The notes under the pieces were generated by a model that was given only the letters and a program-made list of their open reading frames with translations, did not search any database and had not been told where the DNA came from. Shown here one piece after another: positions 44,775 to 58,492 of a DNA stretch of 64,000 bases. This DNA comes from Bigelowiella natans CCMP2755. Its lineage: Eukaryota > Protista > Cercozoa. Every line of letters begins with the position of its first letter. Within the stretch, counting starts at the first letter, position 1. Location: assembly GCA_000320545.1 (NCBI GenBank), contig ADNK01000512.1:63635-127634 (forward strand), given 5' to 3'. A program made the position numbers and the translations under genes.

Positions 44775-45821
44775 AGCTTGCTGATTTATGGAAAGTAAGG
44801 TGATTCACTTGAAGTATAATGTTTTGCATGTTTTTGCACTCTTCCTCCTCACCGTCATCTCTCCTCTTCTCTTCCCACGTGTTCAGACTGGGATGTGTGG
44901 TTCAACCAAGCGGATCTTCCAGATGATGATCCAGAAGCAATCGAGAAGCAGCTTAAGGAAGGAATGCTCGATACTTTATCATCGTCGTGTGGTTTCTCCG
45001 ATGGAGTCAAGCTACCAGCGGCTGCAGCAAGAAGTGACTATCACCCTGTGTCAACTCCGTTTGGACCCGGACACCTTGTGGGGTAATCGCTGTAAGTTAC
45101 ACGTCCATATCTGCTGTTGCTGTTGCTTTAGCGCGCGTAGTTGAAGGCGTGAGCATTTTCATGCGGATATTCCACATATATAATCCTCTCTTTGTGCAAA
45201 GGCCACTAGCTGCTTCTGGAGGAAAGATGGTTGAAGTAGAACTAGCTTTCGGTACTGCCTATCTGCAACTGAGTCTGTTGGGCGACGAAGAGGTTGGAAC
45301 AGCATTTAGCGTGCAAGGAGCAGCAGAGACAGAGTGCGTGAGACAAGGAGAGGCGGAGACAGTAACAAGTGATATCATTGAGAACCTAGGCCGCTCTCTA
45401 ACCAAGCTGCAAGAGGCAAAAATGGTAGATTAAGTTAGAATCAATGTGATGTAGGAGTGGTAGTAGCAGTGGTGATGTGGTAGTAATGGAACACGCACGA
45501 ATATCATGCTCATTCGATTACAAATTTGTGAATTCCCAGAAGGATTCTGCAGAAGATGAAATGAAGATCAAAGAAAGCAAGGATGCTGTTAAGGAGGAAG
45601 AGGAGGAAGAGCATTCCAGTGATGATGAAAATCAGCATGAATTTGAGGAAAATGAAGATCCATTTTTATTTGAGGAGCAGAAAAGTGAGAGCAAAGATAG
45701 AAATGAAACTTACGCTGCTTTGGAACGGCACGATGGCCACAAAATAGTGGTGGAAAATATGCCAGAATCTATCTGGACTGTCGTTGATGGTAGCGACGAC
45801 GAAGGCGAAGACTGCGATTAG
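43671..45821 (+). CDS. Hypothetical protein with K-rich and acidic tracts and a small TPFG-type beta motif
   Basis: ATG 43671 (MDP|G) splices in phase to ...SNEEFDPFADG...KKKRKKRKKKK. Later exons encode VSTPFGPGHLVG|RPLAASGGKMVEVELAFGTAYLQ. The last exon ends ...DGSDDEGEDCD* at 45821. Confidence 0.6.
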
Positions 45822-46595
45822 AGCCAGTCCAGCTCGGCGAAGTTCCGAATTTAGCAACGATATTTTGTATAGCATAATGAAAATAAAGCACAATTACTAT
45901 CGCCGTGTTGCTATAGCACGGTCGTAGATGTGTCCACTCTACACCTCATACATGTACGCGCACGCACGCACGGTTGCGCGTCAAGTCTAGAGCTTTGTTC
46001 GATGGCGGTCCTCACGTTTAATAATCCACAGTGCACAATGCTGCATTCGCGACGCTTGCTAGCTTGGACTACTAAGCGCCTAATTAGTATTACTTAGAAG
46101 ACGGCGCTAGCTAGCTAGCTAGCTAGCTATTCTAATGTCACTAGTGATTGGGTGCTATAGTGCGCCCATAAGCTACATCAAACTCTAGCCGAATATGTGC
46201 ATAGTCTTGGTAGCACGCTATAGTCACATGTCATTATTAGCTAGTTAGAGATAGCCTAGCTAGCTAGCTAGGAATCGCCAGCAATCTATAGCATGAGGTG
46301 ACGCTGCTGCGGTGTCTTCAACCTGGTCCTACTCTTTCCATTGCATCTAATTATACTGGCGCAGCATCTAAGGGCGCCGATAGCTTTACGATTCATGTAC
46401 GACTAGTGAAATAGATCTAGTGATAGGCATAATTTTCCACATTCCACATGTAATCTCAGTGTGTGTGTGTGTGTGTGTGTATGTGTGCATATACGGAAAA
46501 TCAATGCAACATTTTCAATTTATTGGGGAAGTCAGGTGCTACATATTGTCCAGGTTGTGCACAAAGTAGTACCGTACACATACCAACATATTTGT

Positions 46596-48006
46596 TTATG
46601 TGGGGCCTTTTTTCTCTACCGCGTCTCTACCAGGTGTTGTACGCAAACTTTGTCTAGTGCCATCTTCGGCTGAAGGGGGTGGCTTCTTACTTTTGAATAT
46701 GCTGCGAGAGATGACACTACGAAGGGTTCCTAGCACCCCAACGGTGACGCTCGACATACTCGTGAACATTTCGCTCTTGTAACTGTTACCAAAGATGACA
46801 AAGGTAAACATGAGAATGATGACGAACGGTGATTGGTAATCGCGACGAGAATCAATAACAATTTCCCAGTCGACAAAGCTTCTAAAACTACTGTGCATGA
46901 CACAGCAAGCATTTTTTACATTTTTGGGAACAAGAATTTGCTGTCTGTTGAAATGCATTTTTGGGCTGATTTCCTTATCCCATTTCTCGGCAGAATGGGA
47001 GTGCGAATGAGACGTGTCTAAAAATGGAAGAACCTATCATCTGCTAAATCCCATTCGTTTCCATACACGTGCACTTCTTTGACGGGAATGTGCTTGCTTT
47101 TACCTAGATCAAAAGGGTCGAGAGGTGGGAGCAAAGTAGAACAGAGAACGAATATTAAGACGTTGGTCGCTTTCATCTTTGAAGGGCGTACGACAAGATA
47201 AATAGAATACTACCTTCGTCATGAAGAGTGACAATTCGTATGAGGGGCTCTGCCTTGGGATCATGTGTCCACAGGACCACGCCCTCGCTGTTGTAGACAT
47301 GTGGGAAACCCTGAAAAGTTGGAAGAATCACAAACTTATGCGATATACAAGCAGTTAAGAACTCAAAAGATCCATTTCGCACACATCTAGATATGTTTCC
47401 ATGCTCTAAACCACTTCATAATATCGCTTAATCACTTGTTTTTTGAGCTTTTGTGCGAACAGGCCACTTCGGAATCCTATCGTGCAATAGGCAACAATGG
47501 GACGGTCACCTATCGATTTTTCATCTAACCCCCAGAACCTAAACAAGAAGATGCAAGAAGGTTTGAGAAGGTTTCTAAAAGTACCTCAAATGCACCGTAT
47601 TAAATTGGGTATATTAGATCGTACTGCTCTTCGTCAATGGATCCTTGAAGTTGAGACACCTTCCTTTCATCCTCTTTGTTCGAAGATAGTTTTATGCATG
47701 ATCAGGTTGAGAATGAAAGAATCGACAAACGCTGGATTACCTGTCCTGACATCGACAATGATTGGTTCCGGACCCTTCGCCCTGAGTTCTCGAATTCCTT
47801 CAGCTGATATTGAATCACCATCGAAAGTGGCTTTGTGGGCTTTTTTGAACTTTTCTGCAATTAGACCGTATCAGCCGGGTAATAATAGAATCTTTTGGAT
47901 AGTATCAAGTTTTCTTCATACAATTCGATCGAAAATGACCTCTTGCGAGTTTCTCCTTCTCCTCGTTACTCAGCGCCGTGGCAGTGGTGGATGTTTTCGA
48001 GCCCAT
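46596..48006 (-). CDS. Single-domain rhodanese-like (sulfurtransferase) protein
   Basis: Spliced product MGSKTSTTA...PIIVDVRTEDERKVSQLQGSI...DRPIVAYCTIGFRSGLFAQKLKKQGFPHVYNSEGVVLW...VHVYGNEWDL. The active-site loop is CTIGFRS. Confidence 0.88.
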
Positions 48007-49032
48007 CTCGTCTGGCTATCCGGCTGGTAGCATGGACGCAAACACAGAGATGGGTATTCCTGCTGTTAATGACGAACGGCCAGGATTTTTCTCAAATCTT
48101 GCATTTACGGCACTCTTTTCAGCAAAAATGTGCTTTGTTCAATGCATCGGCAAACCAGCAAGAAAGACTTCATCGCCAACAGGATCTAAATAGAATGCCG
48201 TGGAACTTTGTCTGAGACAACCAGAAATTCCTACCGTTAAGAGAAAATACGTTCTGCTGTTTGAAAAATTAGATTCATATTGTGCTCCTAGCTTTCAAGA
48301 CAGAAGTTACTTGCCAATGCAGCAACAAGAAATTGTGAGTTCAGGTCTGCGACATGAAAGATCTGTCTTTTCTGCAAAATATCCCCTGCCTTATGATGTG
48401 CACATGATGTTATGCTCGATTTATGTGTTTTGAACAAAATTTGAACCGAAATCCTCCTTCAGCAATGAAATACATCAATAATTTCCTTTTGTTGTATAAA
48501 ATAAAGGAAAATAATACAAAACGACTAAATGTAATGGTGAAATTACGATCAAAATACAATATTATGCCATAGCGCACGGCAATGGCGCATGATTTTAATC
48601 CTACCTCGTTTGAAATGTCTCGTTTAATCAGACTCATTCCTCATCATAAAGCACCGTCATGGAGAGATTATTTAGAAGGCGTCGAGATAAAGATCGAGAC
48701 TCTATTAAAATAAATCATGTATTTTATTCATATTGGCCTCTATGACTGATGAGAGCAAGCGTAGTTTATATCTGAATTCATTTAAATGTAGCTCAGATTT
48801 GACATGCCCAACGCCTTAGTGAACTGAATAGAAATGTATTATGTTAATACATTGCGACATCAATTTAAGGGATATCAAAACTCAAAATATGGTGGATTTC
48901 ATGTACCGTTGAAGCTGCGCTCTCTGAATCAGTTCGAACGGAGTGATGCAGGCCGGCCCTTCTCGATCTCAGTGGATCAAGAAAGGAAACAGTACGAAAA
49001 AGACAGCCGTTCAAGAAGGACCATCGAAAAAT

Positions 49033-51580
49033 ATGGTCTCTCCGTCAGTAAATAGTAGTCGCCACCAACCTCTTCAACAGGCAACTCCATCGCCATCCAG
49101 CGCACAACATACGCAACTTACGACTGGAGGTGTCCCTATTCCTTCGCTGAATTGGTGAGAGAGACAATAATTTTGGGGTTATTCTTCCCGGTTTTAGTGT
49201 AATGAAACCATCCTTATATGCCTATTCGGTTGTCGAAACTGAGAAGGCCGGTAAGAGATGCTTCGCAAACTGAAAGAAACAGTGGCAGCAGTTCGTTTCG
49301 AAATAATCATTTTCAATTCCGTATATATTCGCCCCACTGCACTCGAACGTAGATTACTGTACCAATTTGTCAAATTTCATAAGCCAATTCCAAAAAATAT
49401 TTTATGTATGGGGTTGAGCTTGTTTCACCCCTGGCATGTCGATTGACTGGATTTTTGATGGAAACAAAATACTTGAGGATTCATACCTACTATTGAGATC
49501 AATTTCTTCCATTAGGAGGCCAAGCAGGAAGAAATGTAATTGCAAAGCTTCTCACTGCTTGAAACTTTACTGCGAATGCTTCGCTTCCAGAGAATTTTGC
49601 CGTGGCTGTAACTGCAAGGTGGGTCGTTTCACGTAGATATATCCCTATACAACGTTGCACGGTCTTTCTCTTATTCGACGATAATCGACTCATAGGGGTG
49701 CAAGAACAACGAAAATTTCAGCGAACAGCGAAGGCTAGCAATCATGTACACGCTCGAGCGGAATCCGAACGCCTTCCGCCCGAAAATCGCAAGCAGCCCC
49801 ATGCGAACAAATAATATTGGTACAAAATACGGACAATGTGCTGTTTTGATATAAATTTCACAATATTTTCTCTAATCATCTAGCCTCCGTCTTCACACAT
49901 TATTGATTTTACGTCGTCATCGTCATCATCATCATCATCATCTGACATCATTTGCGTGTTTCTGCGGCAGGCCCTTCCCATTTGGTACACAACAAGGGAT
50001 GCCAGTGCAAGAAGTCACAGTGTCGTAAAAAGTATTGCGAGTGTTTCCAGGTGCTCTCCATAATTGAATAAGATATATTTCGTTACTTTGCCTCTTCTTG
50101 ACGACTGAGAAACTTCTACATATGGGTTCAGGCTGGAATCTTATGCTCAAATCGATGCAAGTGCCAGGTGGTGAATTTGTACTTATATACGTGTGCGCGC
50201 GCGCGCGTTTGTTTGTGCGTTTACACGTGTTTACTATGTATACTATCTGCCATATTCCCTCTTTCGTGTCGAAATTCCCGGCCCTTTTTGCTTGGGTGGA
50301 TTGAATATCTGCACTTTCTGACTAGTTTGTCTGTGCATTATTACTACTACTACTACTACTATATGCAGGATTGTGAGAACACGATGCATTCACGATCTCT
50401 GGACCCTCTTGGGGACCTTCGAGGAGGACACCAAAATAGGAGGGGTAGATCAGGGATGATGATGCGAGGGAGGGTTGCAGTTGCTTCCAACATGCCATCA
50501 TCTTCGTCGATCGCTGGCAGAAAAGGGGGGGGTATGCTGAATTCTCATGGAGCGGCGTTACGTTTTCTCCCGTATAACGGAAGGAGTGGTATTGGGAACA
50601 AAGGAGGGCGGGTAGCAGCGGAAATGGGGGGATTATCAGCAAGATCACCAAGAGGGGAGCTTCTTCGACGACACCATCAGCAGCACGCAGGAGGTCTTTC
50701 CTCCTCGGCGGAATTAGTATCTTCCTCCTCTGACCAATCTGGAGGGGGGGTCGTTCGCCATGGCCCGATTGTAAGGTGCTACTATCTTTTCTTATCGCTC
50801 CATCTATCCGTCTATTTGTCTTATTATTCCCTGCCATGCTGTATTATTAATTTATTTCACTCTTACTTTCTTCCTATTTTCACCGTGATAAATTAATTAC
50901 ACAGGAAGACAGCCTTGATGCGGGCAATAGGGCCCCGTACCGTAGAGGAAATTTGCGAGCGTTTGTTACTAGCGATCCAGAAGGAGGTGCGGATAATGGC
51001 CCCCCTCCCTGCAATAATAATACGTTTAAATAGAACCAGATGATAAGTGGGATGAGAACGACGAGGACTAATCGCGAGAAGAAGATAGAAAGAGGAAGGG
51101 GATTAAGATGAGAGAACTCATATTATCAAAATATCAATGTGGCCTTCTGCTGCTTCTCCAATATGCAAAGACAGCCACTTTATGAGGAAGCTTTCCCTCA
51201 CTTCGCATTGCTTTTATCTCCGCTCTGCTTATGCTGCTGCTGCTGCATCTCACCGTTCTCACTCGGCGTTACGTTTCCTCCTCCTCCTTCTCCCCCTCCC
51301 TATTTTTCTCTACCTCATCCTGCTGCTGGTTGTATTATTAGGAGTCGAGAGCGAACGAGAAAGCCGCTGAGGACTTGCTCTTCCTCTCAGCTTTCGTAGC
51401 GGGGGGGGGGAAGAAGAAAAGGAGCAGAGCTGGGGGGTCATTGGCAGCGAATGGAGATGAGAGGAGCTCTAAAAGGCAGAAAGGTAAATGGAGTGTACGC
51501 TGAAGGATTTCGGGGGATGTTAACGATGATTGACCATGAAGGATGATAGAACATAATACACACACACACACAGAGAGATG

Positions 51581-51653
<73 letters not shown>

Positions 51654-51835
51654 ATTGTTCTCACTCTTGTTGTGTTTGATGCATAGGGAACGACAAGAAG
51701 GAGGACGAGAACAATCCCGCATCGACAGAGCTCCTTGAGAACCAAGTAGTCTGACCGCTCAACAATCTAACGACACAAACAACACATCCCCACACCACAC
51801 TTACAACAACACATAAAAAGCGAGGAGAGGGAAGC

Positions 51836-51870
<35 letters not shown>

Positions 51871-52268
51871 ATCAACAAAGTAGCAAGCAACCAGACTTAC
51901 AATTCTCCTTTCTCTGTTTTGTAAGGAACGGGCCGTCTTAACTGAATTTGGAAACATCCTGGAGGATATCGCCAGTCGGCTCAAATCGACCACAAGTGAG
52001 TTAGTAGCAGACGTAGTAGTACTAGTAGGTAGTAGTAGTAGTAGTAACAGCCTTAAGGAGGAGGAGGAGTAGAAGACTTAAGGAAATTAAGAATAAAAAA
52101 GAATAGGTTATCGGCAATAAAGAGGAAGGAAGATAACAATTCTCTCTCCCTACGTCCTCAGGTGAAGAGGGTGCTTTTCCAATGCACTCGATCCACACGC
52201 TGCTCTATAGCAACAGTAAAAGTAGTAGTAGTAGTAGTAGCAATGGCGGCAGCAATGTCAGTGCGGCC

Positions 52269-52303
<35 letters not shown>

Positions 52304-52316
52304 AGCCAATAGATAG
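49033..52316 (+). CDS. Tesmin/TSO1-like CXC (CRC-domain) protein, LIN54 family
   Basis: [19 protein letters not shown]...CNCKGCKN, hinge [48 protein letters not shown] and C-terminal [15 protein letters not shown]. The start codon is uncertain. Confidence 0.92.
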
Positions 52317-53173
52317 TGGGTAATTTTGTTGGTGCACCAGCGTTGGCACGACGACAAGATGACGTCGCACACCATTGGGAGAAGAGAGACGATTCTCTCT
52401 CTTTCAATTCTTTTCAGCTTGCCTCCCCACACTAGACTCTCCCGGTCTACACTCCTTAAATCTCTCTGCCCGTTGCATTTTTTCCTTCAACTGCTATAAT
52501 CACTAGCCCGAATACTCCTAGGCGTGTGGTGATGCCTTTTATCAAGCCCAGCTCTAGTATACGGATTCGTAGTAGTTTATGTTATTTCATAATCGTTGAC
52601 GAGCTTCTACCGCCGATGATGATGATAATAATAATAATAATAATAATAATAGTGATGGCTCCGATCCATCTATAAATCACCGCCTGGAGTGAAACTGCAT
52701 AAAACGTGCAGGTAGTTTAATATTGTGCTAGGAGAGGATAGAAGGTCTCCAAGCGTGACTCCCAAATTGTGTTGTCCTGATAATAACACGATACGAAGTG
52801 CCTAGCATATTCCATACTCCATTACCTTGCGTGCGCTTGACAGGAAATTCCTATGCATCGATCATGTGCCACAAATGCAGCTGCGGTTGCCATAGTAGTT
52901 ATTAGCACGCGGTATTATGCAAGCAACGCATTGCTTTTAATGGTAATGAAACCAATAAGTATGGCCTGTGTGTATATTGCACGTATATCTAGACATGCAG
53001 ACAGCACTTCTGCATGAAAATATAACGCGCCGGATTAGGCCACGAGCGAGACAATGTTTCACACCTGTGCGCGCATACATGCTAGCTAGCATGTAGCAAC
53101 ACTTCCATTTCTTGTAGGGAAGTCTCCAACATGCTAGCATGTCGCATTTGGTGTGATAAAAAGCATTGCACAT

Positions 53174-53235
53174 AGCTACATGAGGATGACTATCTAGCTA
53201 TTGAACAAATTTAATTTTATCCATTACATCCGTCT
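53174..53235 (+). repeat. Second, partial copy (one arm) of the 17122-17259 hairpin element
   Basis: AGCTACATGAGGATGAC...TTGAACAAATTTAATT...CATTACATCCGTCT aligns with AGCTACATCAGGATGAC...TTGAAAAAATTTAATT...CATTACATCCGTCT at 17122-17173. Confidence 0.8.
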
Positions 53236-53456
53236 TACAGCTAAGCGCGTCGCATTGCTTCACCGCAAGCAAGATGCGCGGCCCGACGACCCTACTACGA
53301 GGACTATCGATCATTTACGATGTGTCTATTGTATGTAGGGGTGCAGGATACGAGCCAAATGCGATATTGACACAAAATACATCGGAGCATGTGTAGCACG
53401 ACTGTTGGATCGTGAAGAGTGCCCATACATATCAGGTCATCAGCTGCAGTACATTA

Positions 53457-55784
53457 TCACAACAACGCACACGTTTTACCGCTTGCCTGAGAAGACTTCT
53501 CATCTTCAATAATGCGATTTATTAAGTCGTCATATCTCTCCTGCTTGTCAACAGGTCTTTCAAGGCTCTCCGGACACTCTTTCACCATTGGCATCAAGAT
53601 ACCCTCCACAAACCGTTCAAGTCCCGGCACTGGCAGCATATGTACCAACAACAGCAGCAAAATACAACAAACACGACGACGAGCGATGATGTTCGGATAA
53701 GGTGAATACGGGCATCATCCTCGTCTCGAGTTTGTCTCTGCATTTTTCACTCTCACAGATCGTATGCATAGACGAAAACAGATACCCCCAAGTGCCTCTC
53801 CGTTAGCATTTGCTGCATTTGAGCAGGAAGATTTAAACAATCACGTGTTCCATGTTTCTTCATCAGAAACCTTATTACCAGGTTCTTTATGTACTCGGAA
53901 CGGCGGGGACATCCTTTTCGACACGATCGGGTGCATCTTAGCCGACTTACTCTTGTTCTCCTTGTCCTCGTTTCCCCCCCCATTATCTTCTTTTATGTCA
54001 TTTTCGTCCTCCTCTCCTATGTGACAGTGCAAGTCTCGCTCTCACGTGTTCTCACGGAGAAGGCTCTGTTTGACAATATTACTGCCTTCATGCGCCATTC
54101 TTTCAATACCTCTTCTATCGCCGCTCAGAAACAATGCTATAATCCCTCTCAATTAACGAAAACAACAACAACAACAACAACAACCATGTAGCAATTTGCG
54201 ATCATCCGTCCAGCTGAACAAACCAGCTCCCTGAGATGAGGATGATAATGATGTGGAGGAGGAGGAGGAGGAGGAAAATCATTGATGGTATTTATAATTA
54301 TGATCTCAGAGGTAAAAGCCTTACCGTTGAGGTTTCAAACGGGTTCAGCTCGATAACGACGCACTCGAGGCGGGGAGATACCCCCCCCCCGTCCTGGACA
54401 TTGACCATTGCCTCCCCTGCCTCCTCCACACTCTCCCTCTTCTACTCACACCATTCACACAGTATTGCAGAGGAAAAGCAGCCGGTATTTTGATGTTCAT
54501 TGCGGATTTCGCGAAGGAGAATAATAATAAATAGCATCAGAGTGAGGAGTAGAAGAAGTCCAAAGCTCCCAGATCTCACCGTTTGTTTGGTCTTTGCGTC
54601 ACTCTCTCCTCCATTTTGTTTCTCTCTTCCTTCTGCCCCTTCTTGCACTTGAACAACACCGAAGTCGATGATATAGTTTTTGTACCTGACGTCAATTTCT
54701 TATCAGGGCTGAGGATATGGGGCGTTTGATGTTCTTCTCGGTGATAATGATTAGTCGATTAGCAGTCACCACCCCGCTTTAGACAGCACGGGCTGCACGT
54801 CCTTCCTAAATTTGGTTGTAATGGCCGAATGCAAGGCAGTTTGCATTGCTGAAAGCTCCGGAAAGAAGCAGTAGTGGTTGTATTGCGAGATCGCTGTCCA
54901 AGAATATGGAGAAGAATGGAAGAAGAGAAGAGGAACAACGGGGTCAGGGGTTATTGTAGTCTTTGATGTCCGATTATTTTGAATCAACTTACGCTCATGA
55001 AAGTTGCTTCTGCTACTACTACCACTGCAATAACAACAACAACTAACTACTACTACTACCTGTGAGCCTGTCGTTGCACACAAAGGTGCGGAACTCGAGG
55101 GAGCCCTAATCATACATAATACATATAGCATACGTTGATGCAAGTACAAGAATTATATTGCAGCCATCATGATCATCCTCTTCATTACCATCATCACCAC
55201 CACAACCACCACCCAATTATCGTCATTAGCGTCCATTATCACAGCACCATCGCTACAAGCTGCAGTAGCAGCAGCAGTAGTAATTTCACACTACTACCTT
55301 TATGCGTGAGTCCCAGGAGCGTACGATTATATTCATGTTCCAATCAGGCTGAGAAGAGAGAAGAAGAAAAGGAAAGAGGAGACAGAAATGAGGAGGAAGA
55401 AGGATTCTCGCGCCAATGAAAGCATCATCATCTGCATTTGGCAAAACCATTGGCTAGAAGTACATTTCTTGATGACTAGTCGTCGTTTGGGTGATGGATC
55501 ACCGTTTCATCATCATGGGCAATAAAATACCAACAGCTGTACAATAACAACTACTTGTGTTGCACTGCAACTATTACTACTCCTACTACTACTACTAGTA
55601 GTAGGAGTAGTAGGAGTAGGAGTAGTAGTTGTAGACCTTTTCCTTTATCTTCATGCGGCGTCGACGCTCATATTCCTTGTAGTAGTACCATTGTTACATC
55701 ACGTGAAAAGGAGGTTTATATCATGAAGTAGCACCTGCATACTGTCTTATGGTAGAGATTATCATCTTTCCATGCACACCCACC

Positions 55785-55825
<41 letters not shown>

Positions 55826-56869
55826 CTCAGGGTCCTTATCCTTGAGCTGTAGCATCTCCCTCTGTCGCTTGTTCCGCCTCTGCTTCGCAACGAAATCCAT
55901 ACAATCTACGCAGTGCGCCACCGTACACCACAAGAATTAGAGGAAAGGTGAGAAAGGAGATGTAACTCCGCGTACAGGGAGGGAGGGGGGGGGGGAACGA
56001 GGATTAACTTTCTTTTATTTTGAGCTCCAACCCACCAGCCTTGTTGGTGTCGTATTACCTATTGCTAGCATGAGATCAACGTAGGCCCTCTCAGAGGTGA
56101 GCAGGAGGCTCATAGCTTCTTTTCCTTTGTGAGTCAGTTGATGATGGCGTAAGGAGGCAAGACTTGATTAAGTGAAGGACAGAGAAGCGCGGAATAATGA
56201 TAATTGGCGCTAGACTACGGCTAAAATGCTGATCTTAGTTTGTCGAAGACAACTCTATCATACATCCCACGTTGTCATCGTTAACCGACTTCATTGTCAT
56301 CATCCTATGATCATGATGCTTGTCACACCGTGACTGACAAAACGACTTAGTAGCACTATAAACACACCGCTAGTAACTCGTAGGCACTCCTCCTGAGCGG
56401 CGAAGGCTGATAATGATGAACGGTGATGGGTTTATGGCGCTGATGATGCGATTTCAAGGCGAACAAGCCCAAAATTAGCGTATGCCTCCTTCCTGAATAT
56501 CCATCCCTTTACTTTCTAAGATCAATTTCTTCTACTTGCTAACGTTGCCTTTCAGCTTATTCTTCTTCCAACAATCATTATTCCGTCTTTTGTGGAAGTA
56601 GGCAGAAGACTTTAAACCACCCTCCTCCTCCTCCTCCTTCTTCTTCTTCTTCTTCCTCTTCTTCTCATCATCATCATCATCATACACATCATACACCTGC
56701 TGCGGCTTTTGTGTTTGCGCTGTTTGGGTCCCAGGTTCCCCCTGCTTTTCCTTTTGCAGCAGCAGCAGCAGCACCGAGCTGTTTGAGGCGCTTCTCATAC
56801 AGAGAGGTCAGGCTGTTTGTATACGGTGCTCCATCCTATGCAATGTTTCAAAACGTAAGAGGACTTTTT

Positions 56870-56911
<42 letters not shown>

Positions 56912-57730
56912 GTATATATAGAGAGATCTAGACATGCACAGAGATCTAGATATACACGCACGTACTCATACAAGAGAAATATTTTATATCTATTGCAGAG
57001 TCGACGTCATAGTTTGCAAAATGTGCAGACAGACAGACCTTTGGACTCCGGGTGCTTAGACGGATAAATGCCCCGCTTCGGAAACGCTCATCTCCTTTTT
57101 AAAATTAAGCAGAGACTATGGGAGACAATGAATGGCGTGTGTGTGATTTTTCAGATCTACACCTTTGAGTATCTTATCCAATGTCCGCTCGAGGTTTTTC
57201 AGCCCAACGCAATCAAGATACTGCATGTAAGACTCATCAACGTCAAAGCTCTGCATAAACTAACATGTTTTGTTTACTTTGAGTTCCATTCTATTTGTGT
57301 ATCGATGGCGATAGTACCTAAGCAGTGGTGCCATGCTTAGAGATATGATAGTATTGTTTTAGGAAATAGAAACGCGTCGTTGATTGGCTGAGTCGCTTAC
57401 AAATCGTTACAATTCACAATTTCCTTCCCGAGAAGGGGGACGCATTCGATGCTGAAGGATAACACACAATGAACGAATCTTAAGAATTACTTTATGATTC
57501 TCCGCGCATCAACAGGGTCCAGAGGAACAAATTTTGTCGGAAACGTGTGCGGTTGGAGTGCCGAGTACCAGCTTTCAACGTCATAGGGCTGATGACGATG
57601 GAAAAGCAAATGAGAACCGTCTTACTACAACCATCCGAATAATAGGTTATCGGATGATAAAAAAAGGCACAACGTGATGTCGTCGTTGCTTTTCCAGCCT
57701 GCTGTTGAGGTAATCGTCATTGCCCGCCAT
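53457..57730 (-). CDS. CDC123/D123-like ATP-grasp protein with a C-terminal CaaX motif
   Basis: Exons encode YDVESWYSALQPHTFPTKFVPL, AFIRLSTRSPKD, EAMSLLLTSERAYVDL, WNMNIIVRSW, LEFRTFVCNDRLTAISQYNHYCFFPEL, NYIIDFGV and VIELNPFETSTGAGLFSWTDDRKLL; the protein ends ...SGKTCALL*. The start is approximate. Confidence 0.85.
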
Positions 57731-58492
57731 CGTCGATTCGGAAGCAGCGTAGGCTACGAATTCTCGAGAATTGGAAGAATGACCACCCTGAAGCTTCGGC
57801 CGAGATCTGTTGAAGAAGGAGACAATTTCTTATGTCTTAACTGAGAAACGCTCAAATATCAGATTTTATGAAAACAGGGTCCTTTTGTTCCATAAAAGCA
57901 GTATCGATGCCCGTTTTCGCCGCGACTGCATTTCATGTTAATGCCCGCGGTCCGTTGGACACCGGGAGATTCCCGTTTTTAGCAATATCTAGAGGGTTTT
58001 CCAAAATACGTGCAAAATCAGCGACGGGTTGGGTGGGTGCGCCGGTTCAGCTCGAGATGAATTTTATCTAGAATCCCCATAAATTTAATATAGTGACATA
58101 CATTAATGTATGTCGTCACCTTTTAAATATCAATAAATCTTGGAATGGAAAATTTCCAGCATGTGGTAAATCTGAAAAGTTTGATTTCAACTGGATGACA
58201 AAGAAATCTTTCAGGCTCAGCCGAAATCTCGCCTTTTTGGATTACAGCGTGGATTTTATTTGATATTACCCTTCATCGGAGAATATTGCCTTCCATTTAC
58301 CTATATTTCGGATTTTGAGGAAATATTTAGTTTCAGATCATGATAATGCAGGGAGTGGATATTTACATGGATCCAGGTTCTAATGTGTACAATATCTTAT
58401 GTCTCATGATAAAATAGAATGTTATTTCATATTTATGACATATATTAAGATAAGTCCTTTTACTGAAACATCGATACGTATTATTTCTCAAT
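57731..58492. promoter_or_regulatory. Probable bidirectional promoter region (CDC123-like / COX5B)
   Basis: About 0.76 kb of SSR-free sequence between divergent ATGs, with a CG-rich patch at 57900-58060. Confidence 0.45.
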
